Source: a virus (Duplodnaviria; Caudoviricetes). From it: a stretch of 64,000 bases of DNA. Numbering within the stretch: position 1 is the first letter of the stretch; each line of letters begins with the position of its first letter. The notes under the pieces are model-generated. The model did not search any database. It saw only the letters and a list, made by a program, of their open reading frames with translations, and was not told where the DNA came from. Of the stretch, positions 53,795 to 63,936 are shown piece after piece. The position numbers and the translations under genes were made by a program. Where the stretch lies: the IMG/VR virus record IMGVR_UViG_2896054739_000007, positions 64,001 through 128,000 of that record. The stretch is one strand, 5' to 3'.

Positions 53795-54352
53795 GGGTAG
53801 GTGGCACAGCGGGGATAATAATACAATACATGAGGTGATATTTATAAGACAATGCTATGTTTGGAATCTTAGTAGGGAAGAAATACAAGAAAAAGTAAAT
53901 CATTGTAATAGTATATGTGATATGCTTGAAATTTTTGGATTTAAAAAAACAAGCGGAAGTATGGCTAAAGTAATGAAAAATATAATCGATACATATAACA
54001 TAAACACATCACACTTTAAACCATATAAAAGAACAAATCAAAAGCCAAAATATTCTTTATCTGAAATATTAGTCTGTAATTCCACCTATACAAATATTGC
54101 AAAATTAAAAGAACGAATTATAAAAGCTGGCATTTTAGAATATAGATGCGAATGCTGTGGTAATAAAGGAGTATGGAATGGACAAAAATTAACATTACAA
54201 CTAGATCATAAAAATGGTGATCATACTAATCATTCTATTAATAATTTAAGATTTCTTTGTCCAAATTGTCATTCTCAAACTGAAACATTTGCGGGTAGAA
54301 ATGCTAAATATGGTAGCAGATAACATCAGAGGTTCAAATCCTCTCCTGCCCA
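53795..54352 (+). pseudogene. tRNA (Tyr-like) split by HNH ORF: 5' part 53795-53812, 3' part ~54323-54352
   Basis: GGGTAGG pairs with CCTGCCC-A; intact T arm AGAGG-TTCAAAT-CCTCT; anticodon arm absent, so identity is tentative. Confidence 0.75.
53844..54323 (+). CDS. HNH endonuclease (probable ATA start)
   Basis: CECCG..LQLDHKNGDHTNHSINNLRFLCPNCHSQT; GAGGTG RBS. Confidence 0.9.
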   Translation: MRQCYVWNLSREEIQEKVNHCNSICDMLEIFGFKKTSGSMAKVMKNIIDTYNINTSHFKPYKRTNQKPKYSLSEILVCNSTYTNIAKLKERIIKAGILEYRCECCGNKGVWNGQKLTLQLDHKNGDHTNHSINNLRFLCPNCHSQTETFAGRNAKYGSR

Positions 54353-55190
54353 CTATATAAAAACAAAAATATAAAAAGAAAGTTGGTAAATAAATGGAAA
54401 CTCATGATATTGATAGACCTTTAAAGATGGGAGAAATCAGAAGTGTTAGAAGTAATGGTGGAACAACTCTGAATATGCTGGAATTGCTTTTCTCTCCCAC
54501 TACCATAGCAAAATTTGAAGTAAATAGAAATACAAATAAGGTTGATTTTTTAATAGATAATGTTGATTTAAAGTACCAGGATCTAAGATGTTCTCTCAGT
54601 AAAGATGTACTTAGAGATTTGTACATCTATATCAGGGATCTCTATAATGAATTGAATGATAAAGAAAGCGAGGAAAACAAATAATGAGAATTGAGCCAAA
54701 AAGAGATATTGAGGCGGGAAAATATTCAACTCTTCTAGTACCAATTTGGGGTACAAGCACTATGACAGAAGCAGATGAACTTGAGATGGCAAAGGATTTT
54801 CCACAAGTATTACGTTATGCAGACATAGAATTTAAAGGTAAATTCATTGTTACTAACGGGAATCCTATTATGTCAGACACAGAGGATGCTGTTGAGGTAG
54901 TTTTAGATTTAAATGACCAAAAAATCCCGATTAATGAGAATTTAAGTATTAGTTTGGAACTTGATTATAATAAGGTTTCAAAAGAGTTATTGGATGAAAA
55001 ATATCTAACTACGCAGGAATTATATACACAGGCACAGATTATTTTATTTGAATCAAAGATTAAGACAAAAATTCATGAACTTTTAGAAATTGCCAGAAGC
55101 AACGTAAATGACTTTTTGGTTACATCTGAGGAAGTTCTGTAAAAAAGTATCTGTATTGTGGAGAGTGGCTGTACTGCTCTCCTATTGTTT

Positions 55191-55273
55191 GCAAAGTAAA
55201 CCCATAAGGTTTGGGACTCCGTTGCTAACGGATGTGTTCTAAAAGGAATGGATTTCGATTGTTCCGCTTTGCG
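55191..55273 (+). tRNA. tRNA-Ser(GCU), somewhat degenerate
   Basis: GCAAAGT/GCTTTGC-G acceptor; TCCG-TTGCTAA-CGGA; variable arm; weak T stem. Confidence 0.65.
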
Positions 55274-55278
55274 TTTAT

Positions 55279-55372
55279 GGTGACGTACCGAAATCTGGTT
55301 ATAACGGCGCAGACTTGAAATCTGATGTGTTATGGAAAACATGACCTGTGGGTTCAAATCCTACCGTCACCG
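55279..55372 (+). tRNA. tRNA-Ser(UGA)
   Basis: GGTGACG/CGTCACC-G; CAGA-CTTGAAA-TCTG; long variable arm; GTGGG-TTCAAAT-CCTAC. Confidence 0.92.
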
Positions 55373-55470
55373 CTTCAAATAAGCATTTTATTGGATAATT
55401 TTTATAAAGTTGTTGAAATTCCACGTAACAATATGATATGATGTATATATATGAATAAGGTGGAAATGCT

Positions 55471-56434
55471 ATGCAAAAGATATTCAAAAATAAAGAATTA
55501 AAAAATGCCATTTCACTAATTTTGACGGTTAGTATTGGTTTAATCGGATCATCTATGGGTAGCTGGAATGCAAAAGAAGATAAATTTTTCCAATTAAAGT
55601 TAGTTTCACTTGTTGTTTTATCTTTTATATTTATAATATTTCTTATTTTTTCTTATATATATGATCGAAAAGAAAGCAAAATATTAGATGAATGCTATGA
55701 TGAAATAAAAAATCTAAAATCTGAAATTAAATTAAAAGAAAAAGAAATCAAAGCTTATGAAAAAAGTCAACTTGCGTTATCTGCAATCTTAGAAACAAGT
55801 GCAGATGATATAAATACTACAGCAAATAACATTAAAAAAAATGATGTAATTTCGCTTGATAATTGGAATTTTAGAAAAGAATGTAACTGGATTTGCGAAA
55901 AAATCTTAAGTATAATTTCTGATTTATCAATTAATGGTGAAGATTTTGTCGTAAGTATTTTTCAATTAAATCCATTGTCAAAAGGAAAATCTAAAAGTAT
56001 TACAATGATTGCGCATTCTAGCAAATTTAGAAACACTCCAGATATTTATGGAAAACCATTATCTTTTAGAAGAAACTCTGAATTCTATGCGGTAAAGCTA
56101 TTTAAAAAAAAATAAACATGAACCAGATGTACTTATTGATAAGAATGAAGTAAATGAAAGATTTATATATAAAGATGAAAATAATCATCCTGACTATTCT
56201 CAATACATTGCAATGCCTATACATTGTAGTGGAAATGATATGCTTTCATTATTACAAATCATAGCTTTTGGAGAATCAAAATTGGGGAATACTAAAATTG
56301 AAATTACCCAAAAAATCAACAAATATTTACTTCCTTATATCCGCTTAGGACTTATGTCATATAAATGCGAAAAAGCTCTTCTTGCCAGTGGCTATTTAGT
56401 AGAGAAAATGAAGGGAGGTGCAGGTAATGAATAG
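55471..56434 (+). pseudogene. Two-TM, coiled-coil, GAF-like moron protein frameshifted at A9 run (56104-56112)
   Basis: Removing one A fuses ..AVKLFKK to NKHEPDVL..YSQYIAMPIHC..LLQII. Confidence 0.55.
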
Positions 56435-56855
56435 TATTAAACAAGCATTATTATCAGAAGATGAATATGTCAAAAAAATACTAAGCCCCCTTTATAATAG
56501 TAATGAATCTCAAGAAGCTGTCATAAATAATAACCAAAAACAAATAGATGAGCTACTTAATACAGAGAAACGTATAAAAGAGCAAATGGAAGAACTTTTA
56601 TTAAAGTATGCAAATCAATAATTTGTAGCAAACAACATAACAAAAAGACTGTTAAACTATGATATGACAGTCTTTTTGTATAGTTAGAAGAATGGTTTAA
56701 TTCACTACATAGTAAATACATTATGAAATAGAGCCTTATTGTTCAGTAAAGAGATATTATAATACGCTGAGTATGATATTTTCAGAGTCAGAGTTGCCTC
56801 CAACAATATCTACGATTTATAATAAATCAAAAGAATTAAATCTCCTGCTCTTTTT

Positions 56856-57578
56856 TTAATATGCAGTGAAGGCATCTAATGTATTATCTCTTGCACTCTC
56901 ATCATTATAATCAAGTGAAATCATTATTACTCTGTCACCAACAATACGAAAATAGTTATCTTTATATCTGAAAACATTGTTAAAGTCTACCATGTAACTA
57001 ACCATAATGTAATCATCGTTACCTATTCTTATAGTTTTATCATCACTAATCAGTACATAATTATAAAAGGGATGCCGATCTATTTGCGACTCAAATGACT
57101 CAATAAACTGGAAAATATCTATTTCATCAGTCAATCTCTCTGTACATACTCCTGCAATAATTGACTTGTCATCAGACATACTCATCATTTCAAATACAGT
57201 AGTAAGCTTTGCTTTCCCTAACTCATTTTGATTAAAAACTATAGAAGGACTTCCATCTTCAAACTCATTCATCTTATCAAGCTCTTCTTCTGTAGACATG
57301 TTCATTCCTGCTGGATTGGTATATCGAAGTCCAATAAACTTACTTTCCCAACCTGTTTTTGTTATAGTTCCTCTATAGTATTCCTCTTCTGTATTGTTTC
57401 CAGAAGTTTTTTGCATTAACATTGAAGGTCTAATCGTGAAAATAAGTGACATTATCGTTAATATAACAGCAATAATAGAAGCCCAATTAGGTTTATCTTT
57501 TATATATAAATATATACTAATGCCTCCTAAAACGATAGTCAAAAATAAAGATATATTCTCTCTCATATATACACCCAT
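56856..57578 (-). CDS. Membrane-anchored protein (moron, opposite strand)
   Basis: Two N-terminal TM helices then a soluble domain. Confidence 0.65.
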   Translation of the reverse strand: MGVYMRENISLFLTIVLGGISIYLYIKDKPNWASIIAVILTIMSLIFTIRPSMLMQKTSGNNTEEEYYRGTITKTGWESKFIGLRYTNPAGMNMSTEEELDKMNEFEDGSPSIVFNQNELGKAKLTTVFEMMSMSDDKSIIAGVCTERLTDEIDIFQFIESFESQIDRHPFYNYVLISDDKTIRIGNDDYIMVSYMVDFNNVFRYKDNYFRIVGDRVIMISLDYNDESARDNTLDAFTAY

Positions 57579-57811
57579 AAATAAAATTTAATAATAAACA
57601 TTTCAAATTACAATTAAAGTATATCATACCAGATGTTTAAGTAAATGCTTTTGCCAGAAATAGATAGTGTAATTTTACTTTAGGTCTTGAAATATATACG
57701 TAGTTTATCCAATATCACACCAAAATAGCATGGGACAACAATTTTCCTGCACAATACCAAATTTCATAGGAAATGTTTCTATTTCAAAAATCAAAGAAAA
57801 TTTTACACTAT

Positions 57812-57881
57812 CAAAAAATAAGATAATTGGTAGTCCGCTGGTTGGGACCAGACGCTGTAGGTCCAAGTCCTGCTATTCAGA
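57812..57881 (+). pseudogene. Decayed tRNA-Pro(UGG)-like relic
   Basis: D-loop AATTGGTA, CTGGT-tggg-ACCAG with shortened loop, GTAGG-TCCAAGT-CCTGC; 5' acceptor strand lost. Confidence 0.55.
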
Positions 57882-57885
57882 TTTT

Positions 57886-57911
57886 AGACAGTCATCATGG
57901 CTGTCTTTTTT
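57886..57911 (+). terminator. Intrinsic terminator
   Basis: AGACAGTCA/TGGCTGTCT + T tract. Confidence 0.65.
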
Positions 57912-57960
57912 AATTTCAATTATAACACAATATTTCAAAGAATGAAAGGATGGTGACAAC

Positions 57961-58081
57961 ATGCCAAGAAAAAAAATCACAATCATCTGGCAATAAACCG
58001 TTGCCAGCCAATCAACAAAAAGGGAAAAAAGTATGCACATGCTGTCACGAGGAGAAAAATTTAACAGAAAAAAAGAAATAA
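57961..58081 (+). pseudogene. Truncated N-terminal relic resembling the 59619 gene
   Basis: RBS + MPRKK/SQSSGNKPLPANQQKGKKVCTCCHEEKNLTE, parallel to KKKCPICGDNKSIATGFY. Confidence 0.55.
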
Positions 58082-58138
58082 ATAATAACGACTATGAGAG
58101 GATCGATTTTTGTGTTCGTTACACAAGTGGTTGTATCC

Positions 58139-58242
58139 GAGTAGAAGACGCAAGGAAATCATGAGCCTTGTGAGTTGGTTACTAACCTCACCACTCTTCT
58201 ACTCTTTTAATGATTTTTTTGAGGTTAGGGAAAGAAGGTTAG
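58139..58242 (+). promoter_or_regulatory. Three-stem/pseudoknot RNA leader (same fold as 50097)
   Basis: P1 58139-48/58195-204; P2 58149-55/58166-72; P3 58176-79/58190-93; loop CTAACCTC pairs with GAGGTTAG (58221-28). Confidence 0.65.
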
Positions 58243-58247
58243 AAAAT

Positions 58248-59603
58248 ATGGGAAAGAGAATAACTACAGAAGATTTTAAACACACTATTTTTGAATTAAC
58301 TGGAAACGATTTTGAATTATTATCGGAATATAAAACAGCTAAAACCAAAGTGTTAATGAAGCATAATAAATGTGGCAACAAATTTGAAATTGCTCCAGAT
58401 AATTTTAAATCTGGAAATCGGTGTCCATTTTGTGCTGGTAAGAGACATAATATTGACGAAGCTATTAAAAAAGCATCAAAATTAAATCTTTTACTTTTAG
58501 AAGATAAATATGTTGGAATATTTAACAAAATGAAATGTACATGTAATGCACATCCAGAAGAAGGAATTTTATATACATCAATGAGTGCTTTGAATCTTGG
58601 AAATACATGTTGTCCTAAATGCAGATATATAAAAGCAAGAATCACAGAAACAAAAAATATAAACATTGATGATATAAGAAACGAATTCAAGGAAAGAAAT
58701 TTAACTTTAATTTCTATGGAATATATAAATTGTAAAACTCCATTAACATATATTTGTAATAAACATATTGAAGATGGTGAACAAATAGTTACATATGACG
58801 CATTTAAAAACAATACTAAATTTTGTTGTAATTCATGTGCTAAAGAACACATATCAAATTTACACATGACACCAATAGAAGATATTAAAAAGATTGTAGA
58901 AGAACACAATTTTGAATTTATTAAAATATCAAAAAATGGTCGCAGAACTATGGTTCATTGTATATGTAATGAACATAGAGATAAAGGTATTCAAATAAAA
59001 TCACTTTCTGGAATCAAAAGAGGTTTGGGATGTATTTATTGTGCTGGGATAGCAAAATTTACACAAGAAGAATTTGAATCTAAAGTCAAAGAAAATGATA
59101 GAAATATTCAGATTGTATCCAAATACAACGGAAATAAAAGCAAAGTAAATTGTAAGTGTAAACAATGCGGATACGAATGGTCTTCTATTGCTTCTAATTT
59201 AATGTATGGCGGTGGTTGCCCTAATTGTTCTGGTAGTAAGGGCGAAATGCGAATCCGAGATTATTTAGATGATAATAATTTAAATTATGAAAGAGAGTTT
59301 TCTTTTGATGATTTATATGGTGATTGCAATAAACAGTTACGGTTTGATTTTGTAATATTTAATGAAGATGGAACTATCAAATGTCTTATTGAATATGATG
59401 GTATACAACACTTTAAGCCAATTAACTTCTGGGGTAATGAATATTCACATACACAAATTAGATTTGAAACATTGCAACGATACGATAATAGAAAAAGCAA
59501 TTATTGTAAAGATAATGGAATTTTATTGATTCGTATTCCTTATACTGAGTTTGATAATATAGAAAACATTTTAGAAAGTCGGCTGTCTTGTCAGTCGGCT
59601 TAA
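58248..59603 (+). CDS. Free-standing endonuclease: CxxC repeats + C-terminal Vsr/DUF2726-like domain
   Basis: SKGEMRI..LRFDF..IEYDGIQH..D.RK..C..LIRIPY. Confidence 0.82.
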   Translation: MGKRITTEDFKHTIFELTGNDFELLSEYKTAKTKVLMKHNKCGNKFEIAPDNFKSGNRCPFCAGKRHNIDEAIKKASKLNLLLLEDKYVGIFNKMKCTCNAHPEEGILYTSMSALNLGNTCCPKCRYIKARITETKNINIDDIRNEFKERNLTLISMEYINCKTPLTYICNKHIEDGEQIVTYDAFKNNTKFCCNSCAKEHISNLHMTPIEDIKKIVEEHNFEFIKISKNGRRTMVHCICNEHRDKGIQIKSLSGIKRGLGCIYCAGIAKFTQEEFESKVKENDRNIQIVSKYNGNKSKVNCKCKQCGYEWSSIASNLMYGGGCPNCSGSKGEMRIRDYLDDNNLNYEREFSFDDLYGDCNKQLRFDFVIFNEDGTIKCLIEYDGIQHFKPINFWGNEYSHTQIRFETLQRYDNRKSNYCKDNGILLIRIPYTEFDNIENILESRLSCQSA

Positions 59604-59618
59604 TTTATTTGAAAGGAA

Positions 59619-60566
59619 GTGGCGATTATAGCTACAAAAAAGGAAACTATTAAAAAGAAATGCCCTATTTGTGGCGATAATAAGTCTATTGCCACTGGTT
59701 TTTATAAATCATCTAGTCCTTTATTTTCATTAGATGGGTGTGTACCAATATGTATTTCATGTGTGAAAAAGGAAGTTATAAATAAAGATGGCACTGTTAA
59801 TGAAAATAAATTAAAAACAATGTGTCAGAGATTGGACAAGCCATATTATACAGATGGATTAGATTCTGCATTTTTACAATGCAAAAAGGAACATGGCTAT
59901 TTATCTGATGATGAAATCGCTAAATATGGAAATGAAATTATTGGTTTCTATTTTAAGAATATCAATACATTGAGACAAAATAGAAATAAAAGTTTTGTAG
60001 ATTCTGAAAAAGATGGTTTTTCTCATAAAACTGTGAATACCAATACACAAAATAAGAAAGAGCAAACAATACAAAGATATTCTGATATAAGAGATAAAAA
60101 GCAAAATACAGCTATATCTGTTACAAATAACACCATTGAACAAGAAGAACTTATTTATGATGATAAATGGATGGGTAAGTATAGTCAAAAAGATATTGAT
60201 TACTTAAATAGTTATTATGCTGGACTTGAACGAGACTACAAAATAATCACAGAAAACCACCGTGACTACGCTCGTAAAATTGCAAAAGCAAGCCTTCAGA
60301 TGGATAAAGCATTTGATGAAATGATAAATGGAATTGAAGGCGCTGACGCAAGGTATAAAAATGCAAGGGAAGCTTTTGACACCCTATCAAAATCTGCAAA
60401 ATTCAGTGAAAGTACCAGAAGTGTAAATGATGTAGGTATAAGTAGTTTTTCTAAAGTTGCTGCTATGGTTGAATCCCATAATTGGATTCCAGAACATATT
60501 CCACTAAAGAAAGATACGATTGATGAAATGATAGACTATTTAAGCACTATCACAAAATCGCTATAA
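59619..60566 (+). CDS. Zn-finger protein upstream of terminase (candidate small subunit)
   Basis: CPIC..FY..PICISC; directly before terL. Confidence 0.6.
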   Translation: MAIIATKKETIKKKCPICGDNKSIATGFYKSSSPLFSLDGCVPICISCVKKEVINKDGTVNENKLKTMCQRLDKPYYTDGLDSAFLQCKKEHGYLSDDEIAKYGNEIIGFYFKNINTLRQNRNKSFVDSEKDGFSHKTVNTNTQNKKEQTIQRYSDIRDKKQNTAISVTNNTIEQEELIYDDKWMGKYSQKDIDYLNSYYAGLERDYKIITENHRDYARKIAKASLQMDKAFDEMINGIEGADARYKNAREAFDTLSKSAKFSESTRSVNDVGISSFSKVAAMVESHNWIPEHIPLKKDTIDEMIDYLSTITKSL

Positions 60567-60570
60567 TGGT

Positions 60571-62352
60571 ATGCTTATGGATAAATATGAAAAGCAATTA
60601 AAAAAAGAAAAGCAACTTTATGATAAAAACCATTCAGAAGATTTTGATTCTACATTTTCCAATGATCCAATCAACGAGGCTTCTATTGATTATGAAGCGT
60701 GGACTGAATTTTTCTCATATTACAGATATTACATAGACGAATTTGCAATTAACATACTCCATGTAGACCTTTTCCCTTTTCAAAGAGTAATTCTTAGAGC
60801 AATGGGAAGAGGTCAATTTAGTTGCCTTATTGCTTGTCGTGGTATTGGTAAATCATGGATTGTATGCTTGTTCTATGTATGTGTTTCTATTCTTTATCCG
60901 GGGTTAAAATGTGGTATAGCATCTGGTATGTCACAGCAGAGCCGAAATGTCATTATACAAAAATTAAAAGGCGAACTTTCTAAAAATGAAACTATTGCAA
61001 GAGAAATTAACTTTCCTATCAGGACTGGTGCTGATGACTGTTATGCAGAATTTAAAGGAGGTTCTGAGATTAGGGCTATTACTCTTGCGCAAGATCGTGG
61101 TGGTGAATCTGCGAGATCATGGAGATTCCATTACCTCTTAATTGATGAAGCACGGCTTGTAAAAGATGATATTATCGAAACTATTTTGATTCCTATGACT
61201 AAAACTAAACGCCCTAATGCTTTGAAATGGAAACAAAATGAAAAAGGTAAAGTAATCTTTATATCTTCTGCTTATCTGAAAACAAGTTCTCTATACAAAA
61301 GATTTAAGTACCATTATGAACAAATGATAGATGGTAATAAAAACTATATTGCTATGTGTTTTCCTTATCAAGTAGGAATTCAAGCAGGACTGTTTGGTGA
61401 AGATGATATTGAACAAGAATTATCTAAACCATCTATGACAAAGGATAAATTTGCTTATGAGTATGAAGGAATATTTGTTGGCTCTAGTGGAGAAAGTTAT
61501 TTTCCTTATGAATTAACAAATGAGTGTCGTGTATTAGAAAGACCAGAGTTAGAACAACCAAAAAAATCTAATTCAATTTACATTATCACACATGACGTTG
61601 CTGTTTCTGATGCAAAAGGTTCTGATAATGCTTGTACTCATGTTATAAAACTTAAACCAAGACCAGACGGTACATATCTAAAGCAAATTGTGTTCACTAA
61701 AGTTGTTAATGGTATGCCACTAAATAAACAAAGAGATATGTTAAGAGAATTATTACATTTGAAATTTCCTAACACGGATCGAATATTGATTGACGCTCAA
61801 GGTGCTGGTGCTGGTTTGCCAAGTTTGTTTTATGAATCATGGGAATATAGAGATGAGCGTACTGGTAAAGTCACTGAATATCCACCATTGATACAAGATG
61901 ATGACGAAGTTGGTATTAAAACAATAGAAGGTGCATTACCTATTATTCGTGCAATACATGGTATGAATAATTTCGTAAATTTGTATTATCCATACATGAA
62001 AGCATGTTTTGAAAATCATACATTGGAATTGTTAAAGCAATCCGAGGAAATTGATTCTTTGTATAAGCAAGGACAACTTACTTTAGATGAATATGAACAG
62101 TATATACAACACGATATTCTTCAAAGTGAATTAAGCAACATTAAGCAAGATTTTACAAATGCAGAAAAGATGACCTATACAAGAATTGTGAAATCTACTA
62201 AGCGAGATAGAGCAACAAGTCTTATGTATGGGTTAAGCATTTGTTGTGAAATGGAGAATGAAAATAAAAACAAAATATATAAGAAGCAAACAAAAATCAA
62301 TGTCTCCTCTCTCACTGCTCTTGCACGTAAACCAAAATTATATTCTCACTAG
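60571..62352 (+). CDS. terL: Terminase large subunit
   Basis: LFPFQ, ACRGIGKS (Walker A), LLIDEA (Walker B), FISSA; nuclease HDVA..IDAQG..RDRATS. Confidence 0.93.
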   Translation: MLMDKYEKQLKKEKQLYDKNHSEDFDSTFSNDPINEASIDYEAWTEFFSYYRYYIDEFAINILHVDLFPFQRVILRAMGRGQFSCLIACRGIGKSWIVCLFYVCVSILYPGLKCGIASGMSQQSRNVIIQKLKGELSKNETIAREINFPIRTGADDCYAEFKGGSEIRAITLAQDRGGESARSWRFHYLLIDEARLVKDDIIETILIPMTKTKRPNALKWKQNEKGKVIFISSAYLKTSSLYKRFKYHYEQMIDGNKNYIAMCFPYQVGIQAGLFGEDDIEQELSKPSMTKDKFAYEYEGIFVGSSGESYFPYELTNECRVLERPELEQPKKSNSIYIITHDVAVSDAKGSDNACTHVIKLKPRPDGTYLKQIVFTKVVNGMPLNKQRDMLRELLHLKFPNTDRILIDAQGAGAGLPSLFYESWEYRDERTGKVTEYPPLIQDDDEVGIKTIEGALPIIRAIHGMNNFVNLYYPYMKACFENHTLELLKQSEEIDSLYKQGQLTLDEYEQYIQHDILQSELSNIKQDFTNAEKMTYTRIVKSTKRDRATSLMYGLSICCEMENENKNKIYKKQTKINVSSLTALARKPKLYSH

Positions 62353-62370
62353 GAAAGGCGGTGGTCAAAC

Positions 62371-63936
62371 ATCGAAGAAAATACAAATAACAACGGAGCA
62401 ATAAAAGAACAGTTTCAAGAAGATAAAAAGAATGTGGATAATTTTCTTAATGGGAAATCACCGACTTTCAATTTTGCAAGTTTGAAACGACTGGCGTTAT
62501 CAGAGTTAGCATATAAAGGTGCTTTCAAATATAATCGTATTTGTGGATTTACAAGAAGTCAAATACTTCGTATCGTTCAAAACCCTGAACAGTATGGAAG
62601 TTCTATAATTCGTTTATCACAATATATGTATCTAAAAAGTGGTTATTATAAAAGACTTATTGATTATTTTGTTAATATGGCTGTAGTAAACTGGACTGTT
62701 GATACCGAGATAAAACAAGAGAAAATGTTTTGTACTACTAAAACTGATAAAGCCAAGAAACAATATCAAAAAGATTTTAAAAAGAATTATATCAAATTCA
62801 CAGCGCAAGCAAACAAATTCAAACTAGATAATCGAATTACTGACATTATGAAAAAACTTTTTCTTGAAGATGCTTGTTTTGGATTTGTAACAGAAAATGA
62901 TACTGATATTTCTATATTTTTTATTGATCCAAGATATTGTGAAATCAAAAAACTTTCCAACGGTTCAATTTATCAATATGCTATCAATCGCAGCTTATTA
63001 AGTAATTCATATTTAAAAACACTTCCTTTAGAATTACAGGAATTATTAGAACAATCAAAGGAATTTTCTCTGAATAATATGGTTATGGTTCCATATGAAA
63101 ATTCATTGTGTTTGAAGTATAATAATGATTTTACATATTTGTATAGTCCCTTCTTTCCTTTGATAGCCTCAATACTTGATATAGATGATATAAAAGATTT
63201 GGTCAAAGCAAAATCAGAAGCAGACGCATATAAACTAGTTTATTTCAAGATACCTGTTGATGACGAAGGTCATATAACTATGGGTGATGAGTTAATCTAT
63301 CCATTCGTTGAAATGGCAAAGTCTATCCTACCTGATCGCTTTGGCGTTGTACCATCCCCTATGGACTTACAGCTTATTGAGTCAAAATCTACTATATCAG
63401 ATGATAAAAATAAGGTTGAACAGGCTGTTGAAAATTATTATGGAGAAGCCGGTGTATCTAAAGCACTCATATCTTCTGCTTCTAGCGGTTCTGAATTGAA
63501 ATTGTCTATGAAGGTAGATTCTTCTGATATTTATCGTATATATCGCCAACTTGAATCATGGATGGATTTGCAAATGAAACTTCGTAATTACATCTATGAC
63601 GATTATCAATTTGTCTATCGAATTTTACCAGTTACTATTTTTGACGTAGATGACTATATAGAAAAGAAATTAAAATTGGCACAAGCATCTCTACCAGTTA
63701 AAGGAGAATTATTAGCAGCAACGGGTGTAAATACCGCAAAGATGCTTGGAAATTCATTTACAGAGCAGATGTTTAAAGAAGATATTTATGATAAGTGGGA
63801 AGTGTTAAAAACCTCATACACAACTGCAAATGATGGATCAGAAGGTGGTAGACCAATGAATGATGATACTGATTTGGCTCCTTCTACAGATACGCAGCGT
63901 GGCAACGATTCAAACAATATGGATAATCGCATATAG
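62371..63936 (+). CDS. Portal protein (probable ATC start)
   Basis: Follows terL; ~520 aa; RLSQYMY..GYYKRLIDYF; C-terminal GGRP. Confidence 0.75.
   Translation: MEENTNNNGAIKEQFQEDKKNVDNFLNGKSPTFNFASLKRLALSELAYKGAFKYNRICGFTRSQILRIVQNPEQYGSSIIRLSQYMYLKSGYYKRLIDYFVNMAVVNWTVDTEIKQEKMFCTTKTDKAKKQYQKDFKKNYIKFTAQANKFKLDNRITDIMKKLFLEDACFGFVTENDTDISIFFIDPRYCEIKKLSNGSIYQYAINRSLLSNSYLKTLPLELQELLEQSKEFSLNNMVMVPYENSLCLKYNNDFTYLYSPFFPLIASILDIDDIKDLVKAKSEADAYKLVYFKIPVDDEGHITMGDELIYPFVEMAKSILPDRFGVVPSPMDLQLIESKSTISDDKNKVEQAVENYYGEAGVSKALISSASSGSELKLSMKVDSSDIYRIYRQLESWMDLQMKLRNYIYDDYQFVYRILPVTIFDVDDYIEKKLKLAQASLPVKGELLAATGVNTAKMLGNSFTEQMFKEDIYDKWEVLKTSYTTANDGSEGGRPMNDDTDLAPSTDTQRGNDSNNMDNRI

Noticed and set aside
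53795-54352. Group I intron in the tRNA
   Set aside because: Only ~30 nt lie outside the ORF, no P3-P7 core is visible, and the anticodon arm is missing, so splicing could not restore a tRNA
56680-56810. Additional tRNA
   Set aside because: Only a D-loop-like fragment (GAATGGTTTAATTC); no anticodon or T arm
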